A stretch of 64,000 nucleotides of DNA, taken from NCBI GenBank assembly GCA_963810935.1, contig CAWEPK010000005.1, positions 192,001 to 256,000 on the forward strand, read 5' to 3'. Made by a program: the position numbers and the translations under genes. This document shows, piece by piece, positions 32,279-41,934 of this stretch. The first letter of the stretch is position 1. Each line of letters starts with the position of its first letter. The stretch is from an uncultured delta proteobacterium (GTDB lineage: Bacteria; Desulfobacterota; Syntrophorhabdia; Syntrophorhabdales; WCHB1-27). A model generated the notes under the pieces. It was not told the origin of the DNA, searched no databases, and saw only the letters and a program-made list of their open reading frames with translations.

Positions 32279-34181
32279 ATGAAGACAATCGTCATAGGGA
32301 CCGCGGGCCATATCGACCACGGGAAGACCGCCCTCATAAAGGCGCTGACCGGCATCGACTGCGACAGGCTCAAAGAAGAAAAAGAACGGGGCATCACCAT
32401 CGAGCTGGGCTTCGCTTACTACCGCTTCGGCGACGATATCCTCGTCGGGATCGTAGACGTGCCGGGTCATGAGCGTTTCGTGAGGCACATGGTGGCCGGG
32501 GCGTGGGGCATCGATATGGTGCTCTTCGTCGTCGCGGCCGACGAGTCGATCATGCCGCAGACGCGCGAGCACATGGACATATGCGAGCTTCTCGGCGTAG
32601 AGCGCGGCATCGTCGCGATCACGAAGAAGGACCTCGTTGACGCGGACATGGTAGACCTCGTCACGGAAGAGGTAAAGGACCTGGCGAAGGGGAGGTTCCT
32701 CGAAGGCGCCCCCATCATCCCCGTCTCGTCCACGACAGGGGAGAACATCGACCTGCTGCGCGAAGAGATAAGGCGTAAGGCGCTGGAGATCGACGAGAGG
32801 TCGTAGAGGGCATCTTCAGGCTGCCCGTCGACAGGGTCTTCACGATAAAAGGCTTCGGCACCATCGTCACGGGGACCTGCATCTCCGGCAGCCTCCGTCC
32901 GGGCGAAGATGCGGAGATATACCCTGCCGGCAAGATAGCCAGGATAAGGACCGTCCAGGCCTACCACCAGGAGGTAAGGGAGGCCGGCGCAGGCCAGCGC
33001 GTAGCCCTCAACCTCCAGGGTGTCGAAAAGCAGGAGATAGACAGGGGGGCCATCGTGGGGCGGCCGGGCACGCTGCTTATGACGAGCCGCATCGACGCAA
33101 CGCTTCGCTACCTGAAGCTCCCGTTCAGGCCCATAAAGAACAACACCATATTGCGCTTTCACATCGCCACTGCGCAGGTCGAGGCGCGGCTCATCCTTCT
33201 GGACAGGGCAGAGCTGGAACCGGGCCAGGAGGCGTACGTCCAGTTCGCCTTTTTCGAGCCCATCGTGATCCTTCCGGGCGACCGCTACATAATGAGGGGC
33301 TCCTACGCCATACAGACGCTGGGCGGCGGCACGGTCCTCGATATAGCGCCGGGCCGGCATAAAAGGATGTCGGACGGCCTCGACGCGGTCCATGACCTGC
33401 TGCGCCGCGGGTCGGTAAGGCAGAAGGCTGAATACCACGTCGAAAAGGGTGGCTACAAGGGCCTGTCCAGGGATTACCTTGCGATGCTCCTCGGTCTCAA
33501 GAAAGAAGGCGCGGACTCGATAGTGGACGAGTTGGTGCGCGAAAAGAAGGTACGGGCCGTAGCCAAGACGGTTGTAAAGGCCGAGCGGTTTGACTCCTAC
33601 AAAAAGCTGCTCGAAGGGCTGCTAAAGGAATTCCACGAAAAAAACCCGCTCAAGGTAGGCATCTCCCGCGAAGAGCTCGAGGACCAGGCTGCCGGAGACC
33701 GACCAGCAGGTCTTCCAGGCCGGCCTCGAAGAATTGGCGGGGCAGGGTGTCGCCGAGATCGAGAAAGACCGGGTCAGGCTCAAGAGCGCGGCGCAGAAGC
33801 AGGACCAGTCGGCCGACAGGCTTGCCGGCCGGATCGTCTCGCGTCTCGAGGCGGCCGGCCTCACGCCGCCTACCTTCGCCGAGCTCGACGGAGGAGCTTC
33901 ATGTGAGCGAGGGCGCCATGCGGGACATCATGGGAAAGCTCGCCTATGAAGGGAAGGTCGTCAGGGTTAAGAGCGATATGTATTTCAGCGGAAGGAGCAT
34001 CGATGGGCTTAAAGGGACCGTCGTCGAGAACCTCGGCCGGCAGAAGGAGATGTCCCCGATGGACTTCAAGGCCGTTTTCGGCCTGTCAAGGAAGTATATG
34101 ATACCGCTGCTCGAATACCTCGACGAGATAAAGCTGACAATCAGGAAAGGCGATAAAAGGGTGCTGAGGACTGGCGCCTGA
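32279..34181 (+). CDS. selB: Selenocysteine-specific elongation factor; apparent frameshifts near 32803, 33683 and 33890
   Basis: [38 protein letters not shown]-terminal [13 protein letters not shown]. Confidence 0.92.
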
Positions 34182-34190
34182 AGCTATCAT

Positions 34191-34263
34191 TGGGGCTCAG
34201 CGCCCCCTCCACGGGCAAAGCCCATGGAGCCACCCCGCTCGGTGCTGCGCTGCGCTTGCTTTA
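34191..34263 (+). repeat. Family A intergenic repeat, copy 1
   Basis: TGGGGCTCAGCGCCCCCTCC-variable hairpin-GAGCCACCCCGCTCGGTGCTGCGCTGCGCTTGCTTTA. Confidence 0.95.
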
Positions 34264-34286
34264 TTGCCGCCTGGCGCGGCAATTAT

Positions 34287-34359
34287 TGGGGCTCAGCGCC
34301 CCCTCCGCAAGCGAAGCTCGCGGAGCCTCCCTGCTCGGCGCGGCGCTGCGCTTGCTTTA
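34287..34359 (+). repeat. Family A intergenic repeat, copy 2 (tandem, period 96 nt)
   Basis: Same constant arms as copy 1 with a different internal hairpin. Confidence 0.95.
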
Positions 34360-34369
34360 ACCGGCCGGC

Positions 34370-34987
34370 TCAAGGCTTGCACGCCTTGCACGGCACGTAC
34401 CCTATCCGGATGGGATCGCCCCGGTCTCTGAAAATGATCTTGTTCCTCTCCGGCACCTTATTGCTCAACGGGCAGGACGGCTTGTGGAACGTGTAAGTCC
34501 GTTTGTTCCCGATGTAGTAAGGGGTGGTTTCCTGCTTTTGCTCCTGCCAGAGCCCCGCGTACCTTCGGGCCGCTTCTTTCTCGTAGCGCTGGAACAGCTC
34601 CTTGTGCCTCTCGTCGAGCCGGCGCACGTCTGTGCGGGCATAGCCGAGCCTCACCATCTCGCCGTTGACCAGAGTGTTTTTTACATAGATATAGGCAGAA
34701 ATCTTGCCTTCAGTATCTTTGCCGCCGTCGACTATGATGCGGACTTTCTTTAACAGCACCATGCTTTTGTTGAACCGGGCGGCCTCTCTCGCAAAGAACT
34801 GGGGGCCTCCCTCGCTCTTCTTCAGGTGGGGGGCGTCGATGCCGGCGTACCGGACGATGTCGCCGTTCTCGAGGACGATCGTATTCCCGTCGATCACCTT
34901 TGTTACAACGAGTTCCTTCTCGCCCGCCTCCACCTGGAAGGCCCAGAAAACAAGGACCAGCACCGAAATCGCGAGAAGCTTGTGCAT
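34370..34987 (-). CDS. Secreted thermonuclease (SNase) with C-terminal Ada metal-binding domain
   Basis: VIDG, VRYAGIDAP, GLW; YIGN...FHKPSC...GYVPCKACKP; some catalytic positions differ (DGN rather than DGD). Confidence 0.85.
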   Translation of the reverse strand: MHKLLAISVLVLVFWAFQVEAGEKELVVTKVIDGNTIVLENGDIVRYAGIDAPHLKKSEGGPQFFAREAARFNKSMVLLKKVRIIVDGGKDTEGKISAYIYVKNTLVNGEMVRLGYARTDVRRLDERHKELFQRYEKEAARRYAGLWQEQKQETTPYYIGNKRTYTFHKPSCPLSNKVPERNKIIFRDRGDPIRIGYVPCKACKP

Positions 34988-35200
34988 ACCGGGCACATTC
35001 TACATCATTTCAGGCCGGCTTTCCATCTCCCCGGAGCGGCCTGCCGTGCCGGGCGCATTTGCGAAAATTCTCAGCGCTTAGTGGGAAGAAAGCGCCGCCC
35101 CGCCGGGCGCATGTTTGCAAAGGACTGCGGCGCACACCACACAACATTTGAAAGTACCTTAAGACAGGAAGCGAAGGGTAAATCTCACCGGGTTAGCGCC

Positions 35201-36782
35201 TTAACTCCGATGGGCCCCCGTTCCGGACAAACGCTTTTTTCCAAAAGGGATATTGAGCTTCCTCATCTTTGTTCTAAGGGTGGAGGGGTTTATCTCGAGC
35301 AGCTTCGCCGCACCCCCTGCGCCCTCTATACGTCCGCCCGTTATTTCCAGCGCACGCCTGATGTGGTTCATTACAAGCGCCTCCAGGGCCAACATCCCAT
35401 TGTCGGCCGAAAAGGTTTCGGCCGCCGGTAAGCTCTTCTTTCCCGCTTCCCCCAGGTCCTCAAATGCCAGCGGCCTTCCTCCGCTAAGTATGAGTGCTCT
35501 TTCAACCACGTTCTGCAGCTCACGCACATTTCCCGGCCAGGAATAACTCATTAGCCTGTCAATGGCGCCGGGTGCGAGTGTCGGGATATCGACCAGACCC
35601 ATCTCCCGCGCCCTCTTGGTAATGAAATACTGAACAAAACCGGGAATATCGCCCAGCCTTTCCCTCAAAGGAGGAATCGTGACGGGGAAGACACGGAGGC
35701 GAAAATAGAGGTCTTCCCTGAACCTCCCTTCCCTCATCATCGATTCAAGGTTGCGGTGCGTCGCCGCAATTATGCGGATATCGAGAGGTATCTCTTCCGT
35801 TCCTCCGACCCGCTCGATCTTCTTTTCCTGGATTACTCTCAGCAGCCTTACCTGCGCCCCCGGGGTAAGCTCGCCGATCTCGTCGAGAAAGATGGTGCCC
35901 ATATGAGCGCGCTCGAAGCGGCCCCGCTTCTGGAAAAGGGCGCCGGTGAAGGCCCCTTTATCATGGCCGAAGAGCTCGCTGTCCATGAGCGATTCGGGAA
36001 TGGCGCCGCAGTTTACCTTGATAAGCGGTCCGGTCCGGCGGTGAGAAAGGTTGTGGATGGCATTCGCGATAACTTCCTTGCCCGTTCCTGTCTCGCCAAG
36101 GAGGAGAACGGGACTCGACAGAGGCGCGACCTGACGTGCCAGGTCCATGACGTGTTTCAGGCCGTAATTGCTCCCTACTACCTCTTCCCCTGTCTCCCTG
36201 CGAAGTTCTTCCTGCAAATAGCGGTTGTCGTCCGCAAGGATGTCCTTCAGCCGCAAAACCTCGCGGTAGCGCATATAGTTGACGAAAGCGATGACGAAGG
36301 GCTCCTCCAGCATGGAAAAAAGGCGCACATGTTCTTCGGTGTACTTTTCGTCCCCGCGGTTCGCTATAAAGATCCCGCCGAACTGCCTCCACTTCGGACT
36401 GGGCCCGATCGCCATTACCGCTGTATTGGGGTTCTTCAAGACGTCGGCAAAAGGGGACAATAAGGGGTGTTCACCCACGTGATCCGCCACAACAATCGAT
36501 TCAAGGCTTCTCACTGCCCCGGATTCTGGAATCGACGATCCGGACAACCTCGGGGGGGAACGCTACCTTGATGGAGACCATCTCTCCTCCGTGAATATCG
36601 GCCCGAACGATGGTCTCGCCCACGCCCGTACCAGGCTCATAGAGGTTCAGGAATATCTCGTCTGCGGGGATATAGTCGCGGATATATATGAGACAATCCC
36701 AGAGGGCCTTCTCGATCTCCGGGGTTCCGCATATTCTGAGCGTCACTTCCCGGAAAAAATCCTTTTCGTCTACCGTCTTCAC
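35201..36782 (-). CDS. Sigma-54-dependent activator (GAF-like, AAA+, Fis HTH); apparent frameshift near 36545
   Basis: GETGTGKE, GAFTGA, FLDEIGEL, WPGNVRELQN, HTH; N-terminal 93-aa ORF 36501-36782 supplies the start. Confidence 0.9.
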
Positions 36783-36897
36783 GGTTCTCCTTTCTGCTCA
36801 ACGAGTAACTGCTGTATTGGACAGTATAGCACGTAACATGCGGAATAAAACAGCCAGTTTCTGCTTTATGCCACGGCCAACATACGGCCTTATCGTC

Positions 36898-36912
36898 TAA
36901 GTCATTGTATTT
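36898..36912 (-). promoter_or_regulatory. IHF-like site
   Basis: Minus strand AAATACAATGACTTA resembles WATCAANNNNTTR, just upstream of a sigma-54 promoter. Confidence 0.45.
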
Positions 36913-36928
36913 AAACGGTCTATCCGTA

Positions 36929-36945
36929 TGGCACGGTTCAAGCAT
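36929..36945 (+). promoter_or_regulatory. Sigma-54 (-24/-12) promoter
   Basis: TGGCACGGTTCAAGCAT: GG-N10-GC with exact spacing, divergent from a sigma-54 activator gene. Confidence 0.75.
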
Positions 36946-36979
36946 ACGACACTTTAAAACAATACGGTGTGACAGACGA

Positions 36980-37261
36980 GTGAAAAGTATCGAGATCATA
37001 TCGCTTCGTACCACGATGAACCTAGAGCCCCAACTCTACGCGGACCTCTGTGCAGCCTGCCGGGAAGCAAAGAAATCGCATGGAGCAGAGGCGGAGGTGT
37101 ACGCGAGCGGCGACGTCCCCGGTGATCTTGCCGTCATCCTTTCGTGGGTAGGAACGTCGCTCACGGGAGAAAAGAGCAACCTGGGGCAAATGCTATCTAC
37201 CGCACTGAAGCGTTTCGGGCTGGTCGATCATGCGGTATGGGTGACGACCGAGAAGGGATAG
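36980..37261 (+). CDS. Hypothetical protein (93 aa)
   Basis: GTG start just downstream of the sigma-54 promoter; globular-looking sequence ending FGLVDHAVW. Confidence 0.6.
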   Translation: MKSIEIISLRTTMNLEPQLYADLCAACREAKKSHGAEAEVYASGDVPGDLAVILSWVGTSLTGEKSNLGQMLSTALKRFGLVDHAVWVTTEKG

Positions 37262-37271
37262 GCAAGGATGG

Positions 37272-37949
37272 GTGAAAATGGATATGGGAAGAGAACCTTA
37301 CAGCATCGGGCGGGCAGGCGGTGCAATTTACTCTTTGTCAGACAAGCGGAATAGGTACGAAGACAGCGACAGACAGGGGAGAGGAAGCTTATGTCGAGAC
37401 ATCGGGAAATCCTATGGCGTCCGTGTGTTCTTCGTTCTTACAGTCTGCCCGCTCTTTCTATGGTTTGTCTTCATCGAAGTTTGTCAGGCAGAGAATGGAG
37501 TCTCGATCGGGTATGGCTTCGGTGCCTGGAACGGAAACGGAATAGGGCACATCGAGCAAAAGAAATCCTACGACTACGGGACGGGCTCCTATTTTTACGA
37601 AAAGCCCCTTACGTCGGCGCTCGCCTTCATGATCGAGCCTTTTGTCGGCTCCGTCAGCAGGCCGGTTGCGGGGGCCGATGTCGGCTTCAGTATGTATATC
37701 AAGGCATATCTGCCTAAACTCTCGCCGGAAAATCGGTTCTATTTTACGGCTGGCCCTGGGGCGGCTTATACAAGCGTCAAGTTCATGGAACAAGGAACTC
37801 ACGGTCTCTTTGTCCTTCAGGGCGGGGTTGGATACAGGAGGGGAAGGCTCTTCATCGAGAACCGGTTCCATCATTACTCCAACGGAGGGCTGGCGACTCC
37901 GAACCGCTCGGTCAACTCCAACCTGGTGGTGATAGGATGCTATTTTTGA
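37272..37949 (+). CDS. PagL-like acyloxyacyl hydrolase / lipid A deacylase beta-barrel (start uncertain)
   Basis: FHHYSNGGL..PN..N catalytic motif, alternating beta strands, terminal Phe. Confidence 0.75.
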   Translation: MKMDMGREPYSIGRAGGAIYSLSDKRNRYEDSDRQGRGSLCRDIGKSYGVRVFFVLTVCPLFLWFVFIEVCQAENGVSIGYGFGAWNGNGIGHIEQKKSYDYGTGSYFYEKPLTSALAFMIEPFVGSVSRPVAGADVGFSMYIKAYLPKLSPENRFYFTAGPGAAYTSVKFMEQGTHGLFVLQGGVGYRRGRLFIENRFHHYSNGGLATPNRSVNSNLVVIGCYF

Positions 37950-38356
37950 TTTCCGCTTTATCGATATTCCCGGAACAACATAGGCTCGGGAAGAAACAGC
38001 GTAAGAAAGATGAGGCCCCCGTCGGGATGGAAGAGTGAAAACGAGACAATTCCTTGACTCGAAATGCCTGGAACCTTAGCCAAGGGAGCCTGAAGCAGTG
38101 AGTGCAGCGATGACAACTCAGGCACTAACTGGTTGCGGAATGGTCCCCGCCTTATCGGAGACAGCGGACACAATCGAAGACGAGACGCGCCAGGCGTTTG
38201 GACCGGAGGGAAGGGGTGTGTGGTACGACGGCCTGCTGCTCGCTGTTTCTTTCACGCTTCTCCTTCTCGGCCTTCTGCCTCTGGAAAAGAAAGGGCCCCA
38301 GGGGACTTGCCCGCCCGGTTGTTCCCGGTGACGACCGAATACGCAGGAGGAAGGGA

Positions 38357-38617
38357 GTGGGAGAGACGACCGCAGTCGAAAAGGAACAGCGAAAACAAGG
38401 TGACGGAGAGATCAGGGAGAGCGATGTGGCGGCCGCGACGCAAACGAATAAGGCCAGGGGCGCCGGGGCCAATTTGATCGTTCAGATGAAGAAGATGTTC
38501 AAATTGGATGAAAGCAGGTACCGGAAGGAACTCCGTTTCCCTTACTACCGGGGCTACCTGGAAGGCCAGATGAAAATGATAAGGTTCGTCGAAACATTCC
38601 TTCGCGAGAAGGAATGA
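38357..38617 (+). CDS. Hypothetical protein (86 aa)
   Basis: AGGAGG upstream of GTG 38357; helical charged C-terminal half. Confidence 0.45.
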   Translation: MGETTAVEKEQRKQGDGEIRESDVAAATQTNKARGAGANLIVQMKKMFKLDESRYRKELRFPYYRGYLEGQMKMIRFVETFLREKE

Positions 38618-38763
38618 ATCGGGTGGCGTATCCGGTGCATGACGGAGGACAAACAATTTCCGTCAGTCGATTCATGGAGTGGGGCGCGATAAGGACGGAT
38701 CGTACCGCACGGCAAAGACCAGGAAGGGAGTAAACAGAAAAAACCGCCCGTGGAGCCGGACCT

Positions 38764-39162
38764 ATGATGAGGGATCGGAAGCCGAGGGTAATCATAATAG
38801 ACGAGAACAGGGCAATCAGAGAGTTATATGGTCTGGAACTTGCGGACAACGGATACAACGTTGTTATGGTGGGAGACACAGCGGCCGTTGATGAAGCGAT
38901 CGGCAGCTTCAAGCCCGACCTTGTAATTCTCGATCCGTGGATCGGAGGAAAGTACAGGTGGGATCTGCTGTCCGGCATTAAGCAAGCGCATTCCTCGATA
39001 CCCGTCATTCTTTGCCTCGCTTTCGGCGCACCCGTTCCTTTCCACGCGCCCTTTCCTAAAGATCTGATTCCGGCTGAAAGTTTCGTGGTCAAAAGCATGC
39101 GTATCGAGGATCTCCTTCTCAAGGTCGGACAGATTATACAAGGAAGTGGAGAAAATAAATGA
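38764..39162 (+). CDS. Stand-alone response regulator receiver (atypical)
   Basis: VIIIDE, PDLVILD, IPVIL, FVVKS. Confidence 0.8.
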   Translation: MMRDRKPRVIIIDENRAIRELYGLELADNGYNVVMVGDTAAVDEAIGSFKPDLVILDPWIGGKYRWDLLSGIKQAHSSIPVILCLAFGAPVPFHAPFPKDLIPAESFVVKSMRIEDLLLKVGQIIQGSGENK

Positions 39163-39289
39163 CTGACTGCTTATCGCATGGTGCGTCGATATGCGCTTAA
39201 TGCGTATTTCGCGCAGGCGGTCTCCTGCGGTAATGACCGGGCGACTTTACTTCAGAGTTGGCCAATTTTAATGAAGAGAGAGATGAGGT

Positions 39290-39535
39290 ATGTCGACAGG
39301 TACGGTAAAGTGGTTCAACGATAGAAGGGGCTTCGGATTTATCAACGGTGAGGACGGGGAGATAGTCTTCGTGCATTATAAGGCCATCCTTGGGGAAGGA
39401 TACAAGTCGCTTCTCCAGGGCCAGCCGGTCAGTTACGAGATCGTGGAGACCCCGAAAGGCATGCACGCAGTAAACGTAATAAAACTGGATAACGGTGTGC
39501 AAATTGTAAATCTCAGCCGTAAAGACACGGGTTAG
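39290..39535 (+). CDS. Cold-shock domain protein
   Basis: GTVKWFN.RRGFGFI, VFVHY, GYKSL. Confidence 0.92.
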   Translation: MSTGTVKWFNDRRGFGFINGEDGEIVFVHYKAILGEGYKSLLQGQPVSYEIVETPKGMHAVNVIKLDNGVQIVNLSRKDTG

Positions 39536-39983
39536 AGCAACAGTCTGGTCGGCGTGGGACGAGAGAGCTTGTTCGACCTTATCCGCGACGAGGCCCCCGC
39601 GCGATACCGGAAGATAATGCACTCTGTGTGGATTTCGGAAGAATAGAGGGAGGACGACGCAAGGACCGGTCTTTGACCCCCTGCATGAAAACTCAGCGAG
39701 AAATGGCGCCAAAGATTTCGGCAATTACGGTGTTTGCGCTTCTACCGGGTATCCTCGTAGTGGACGTCCGGGCCAAGGAGGTTTACGTCTTTGGCGGCGC
39801 GAGAACTGCACCACCCATGCCGACAGTACAGTGACGGCGTGCGCGCTCCAGCAGGGAGATAAGAGCTTAAGGTTGTTCGCGGTCTCTTTCTGTTCGGCCA
39901 CCGGGTGCGTTGAGGGCGCCGCGCCGGGAAAACGGCGGAAAAGGCGCCAAATTTCCTCCGGCTGCCATAACTCTCCAAACTAC

Positions 39984-40012
39984 TTGACACCATCCCCCGC
40001 CCATTATAATAT
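39984..40012 (+). promoter_or_regulatory. Sigma-70-type promoter for the thiolase gene
   Basis: TTGACA-N17-TAATAT (overlapping TATAAT at N15). Confidence 0.65.
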
Positions 40013-40098
40013 AGGAGTGATTTTACAGATTGAAATGCTCGCCCGCTACATGGAACGCACTTCATGCCGGGCACGGAATTAAAAACTAGGAGGAGTCC

Positions 40099-41304
40099 AT
40101 GAAAGCTTACACCAAGGCGTACATTCCTTACGGCGGTTACTACTCGACGCCTTTCAGCCGCTGGCAGGGAAGCATGCAGAACGACAACGCGGTGAGCCTC
40201 GCGGCCAACACGGCAAGAAGGTGGTTCCTGGAAAAGAGGCAGCTCGATCCGACCATCATCGATTACCTTTACCTCGGGTCCACCGTCGCCCAGAACCACT
40301 GGTTCATCGCACACAACTGGGCGGCCGCGATACTTACCGACGACAAGAAATACGTACCGGGCCTTTTCGTCAACCAGTGCTGCGCAACCTCGGCGACCGC
40401 GATCAACCTCGCCGCGAAGGACATGGAGCTGGGCGTCTATGAAGTGGCCTATGCGCTCATGACCGACCGCTGCTCCAACGGCCCCCACACCGTATGGCCC
40501 GACCCCCTCGGCCCCGGCGGACAGCCGGACAGGGAGGACTGGAACATGGACAACTTCGGCGGGAACCCGAAGCACCGGGCTCTCATGGTCCAGACGGCGG
40601 AGAACGTCGCTGCCGAATTCGGAATCACCAAAGACGAGTGCGATGCCGTCGTGCTGCGGCGCTACGAGCAGTTCATGGAAGGACGCGCGAACGACAGGGC
40701 TTTCCAGAAACGTTACATGTTCGCCCCGCAGCTTACCGTAACCCGGAAGAAGACCATGCTCCTCGAAGAGGATGAGGGCTGGACGCCCACGAGCGCGGAA
40801 GGGCTCGCCAAACTGAAGCCCGTAGTGCCGGGCGGCTGCCTGAGCTTCGGCGCCCAGACGTTCCCCGCGGACGGCAATTGCGGGATTATCGTAACGACCA
40901 GGGAGCGGGCCAAAGAGCTGGCCACCGACCCGAAGATAGAGGTGCAGATCGTCTCCTACGGCTACGCAAGGGTTAAGCCGATGTTCATGCCGGCCGCTCC
41001 TATCCCCGCAGCCGAAATGGCCCTTGCCAACGCAGGCATAAAGCTGTCTGAGGTTAAGGCCGTCAAGACCCATAACCCGTTCGCAGTCAACGATGTCGCC
41101 TTTGCGAAGAAGACAGGTTATGACGTCATGAAGATGAACAACAACGGCTCCTCGCTGATTTACGGCCATCCCCAGGGACCTACCGGGGGTAGAGCAGTCG
41201 CCGAGATGATAGAGGAGCTTGCGCTTCTCGGCGGCGGTTATGGCCTGTTTACGGGCTGCGCCGCCGGTGATGCCGCAGCAGCCCTCATCATAAAGGTAGG
41301 CTGA
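40099..41304 (+). CDS. Thiolase-family acyl-CoA C-acyltransferase
   Basis: QCCATS, PADG, HNPFA, GHPQGPTG, GCAAGD; SD AGGAG. Confidence 0.9.
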   Translation: MKAYTKAYIPYGGYYSTPFSRWQGSMQNDNAVSLAANTARRWFLEKRQLDPTIIDYLYLGSTVAQNHWFIAHNWAAAILTDDKKYVPGLFVNQCCATSATAINLAAKDMELGVYEVAYALMTDRCSNGPHTVWPDPLGPGGQPDREDWNMDNFGGNPKHRALMVQTAENVAAEFGITKDECDAVVLRRYEQFMEGRANDRAFQKRYMFAPQLTVTRKKTMLLEEDEGWTPTSAEGLAKLKPVVPGGCLSFGAQTFPADGNCGIIVTTRERAKELATDPKIEVQIVSYGYARVKPMFMPAAPIPAAEMALANAGIKLSEVKAVKTHNPFAVNDVAFAKKTGYDVMKMNNNGSSLIYGHPQGPTGGRAVAEMIEELALLGGGYGLFTGCAAGDAAAALIIKVG

Positions 41305-41359
41305 TGCCGGATGCGCCGCACGCCTGACCGGCCGTTGCGGACGTAATAAGATCGAGCAC

Positions 41360-41397
41360 AAAGGGCCGTTTCTCCTTCTTTCGGGAAACGGCCCTTT
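41360..41397 (+). terminator. Rho-independent terminator
   Basis: AAAGGGCCGTTTC/GAAACGGCCCTTT stem followed by a T-rich tract. Confidence 0.8.
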
Positions 41398-41463
41398 CCT
41401 TTCTCTGTGCGTAAGTTTTCTCAGGAGGGTTGTCGAAGGGACGAATGGGCACTATGTTTTTAA

Positions 41464-41874
41464 GTGACCTTCAGACGCAACCGGGTGCGGGCGACCGTTC
41501 TGGTCGTAGATGACGACGAGCGGTTCACGGACGTCATGCAGCAGAGCCTGACCCAGCTAAACTACGCAGGCGCCACCTGCAACGACCCGATCGAGGCCCT
41601 CAATCTTTTCTCCAGTATACCCGCCACCTTCGATATAGTGATGGTCGACGAGAACATGCCGAACATGCAGGGCCGCGACCTGGCCATAGCCCTCCTGCGG
41701 GTCAAGGACGACCTGCCCGTTATCCTGATGGCCGACGGTATAGCGCCGCCGCAGGAGGCGGCACGCTCAGCAGGCGTGCGGGCGGTCCTTGTAAAGCCCG
41801 TGCAAAAAGACGAGCTGCAGGCTGTCCTCGAGATGGTCTTAACCAAGGCGGGGCGGAGAGTCGCGGAGATATAA
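41464..41874 (+). CDS. Stand-alone response regulator receiver
   Basis: VLVVDDD, MVDENMP, LPVIL, VKP. Confidence 0.85.
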   Translation: MTFRRNRVRATVLVVDDDERFTDVMQQSLTQLNYAGATCNDPIEALNLFSSIPATFDIVMVDENMPNMQGRDLAIALLRVKDDLPVILMADGIAPPQEAARSAGVRAVLVKPVQKDELQAVLEMVLTKAGRRVAEI

Positions 41875-41914
41875 AAAGGGGCCGGAAGGCGCCAATACAA
41901 GCGTCTTCCGGCCC
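41873..41914 (-). terminator. Rho-independent terminator of the minus-strand beta-oxidation operon
   Basis: GGGCCGGAAGGCGC/GCGTCTTCCGGCCC stem with T-run on the minus strand. Confidence 0.75.
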
Positions 41915-41934
41915 GTGCTTTCCAGGCTTTACTT

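Noticed and set aside
32800..32806. Amber read-through or programmed recoding in selB
   Set aside because: The conserved continuation ([13 protein letters not shown]) is in a different frame, so this is an indel, not read-through.
34191..34359. CRISPR array
   Set aside because: Only two tandem units, the variable parts are short self-complementary hairpins, and no cas genes are in the window.
39685..39834. Short ORF resembling a signal peptide plus the start of an outer-membrane protein
   Set aside because: Only 49 codons, no clear SD and no identifiable family.
39742..41361. 539-aa minus-strand ORF
   Set aside because: Antisense shadow of the thiolase gene in GC-rich DNA; no recognisable motifs.
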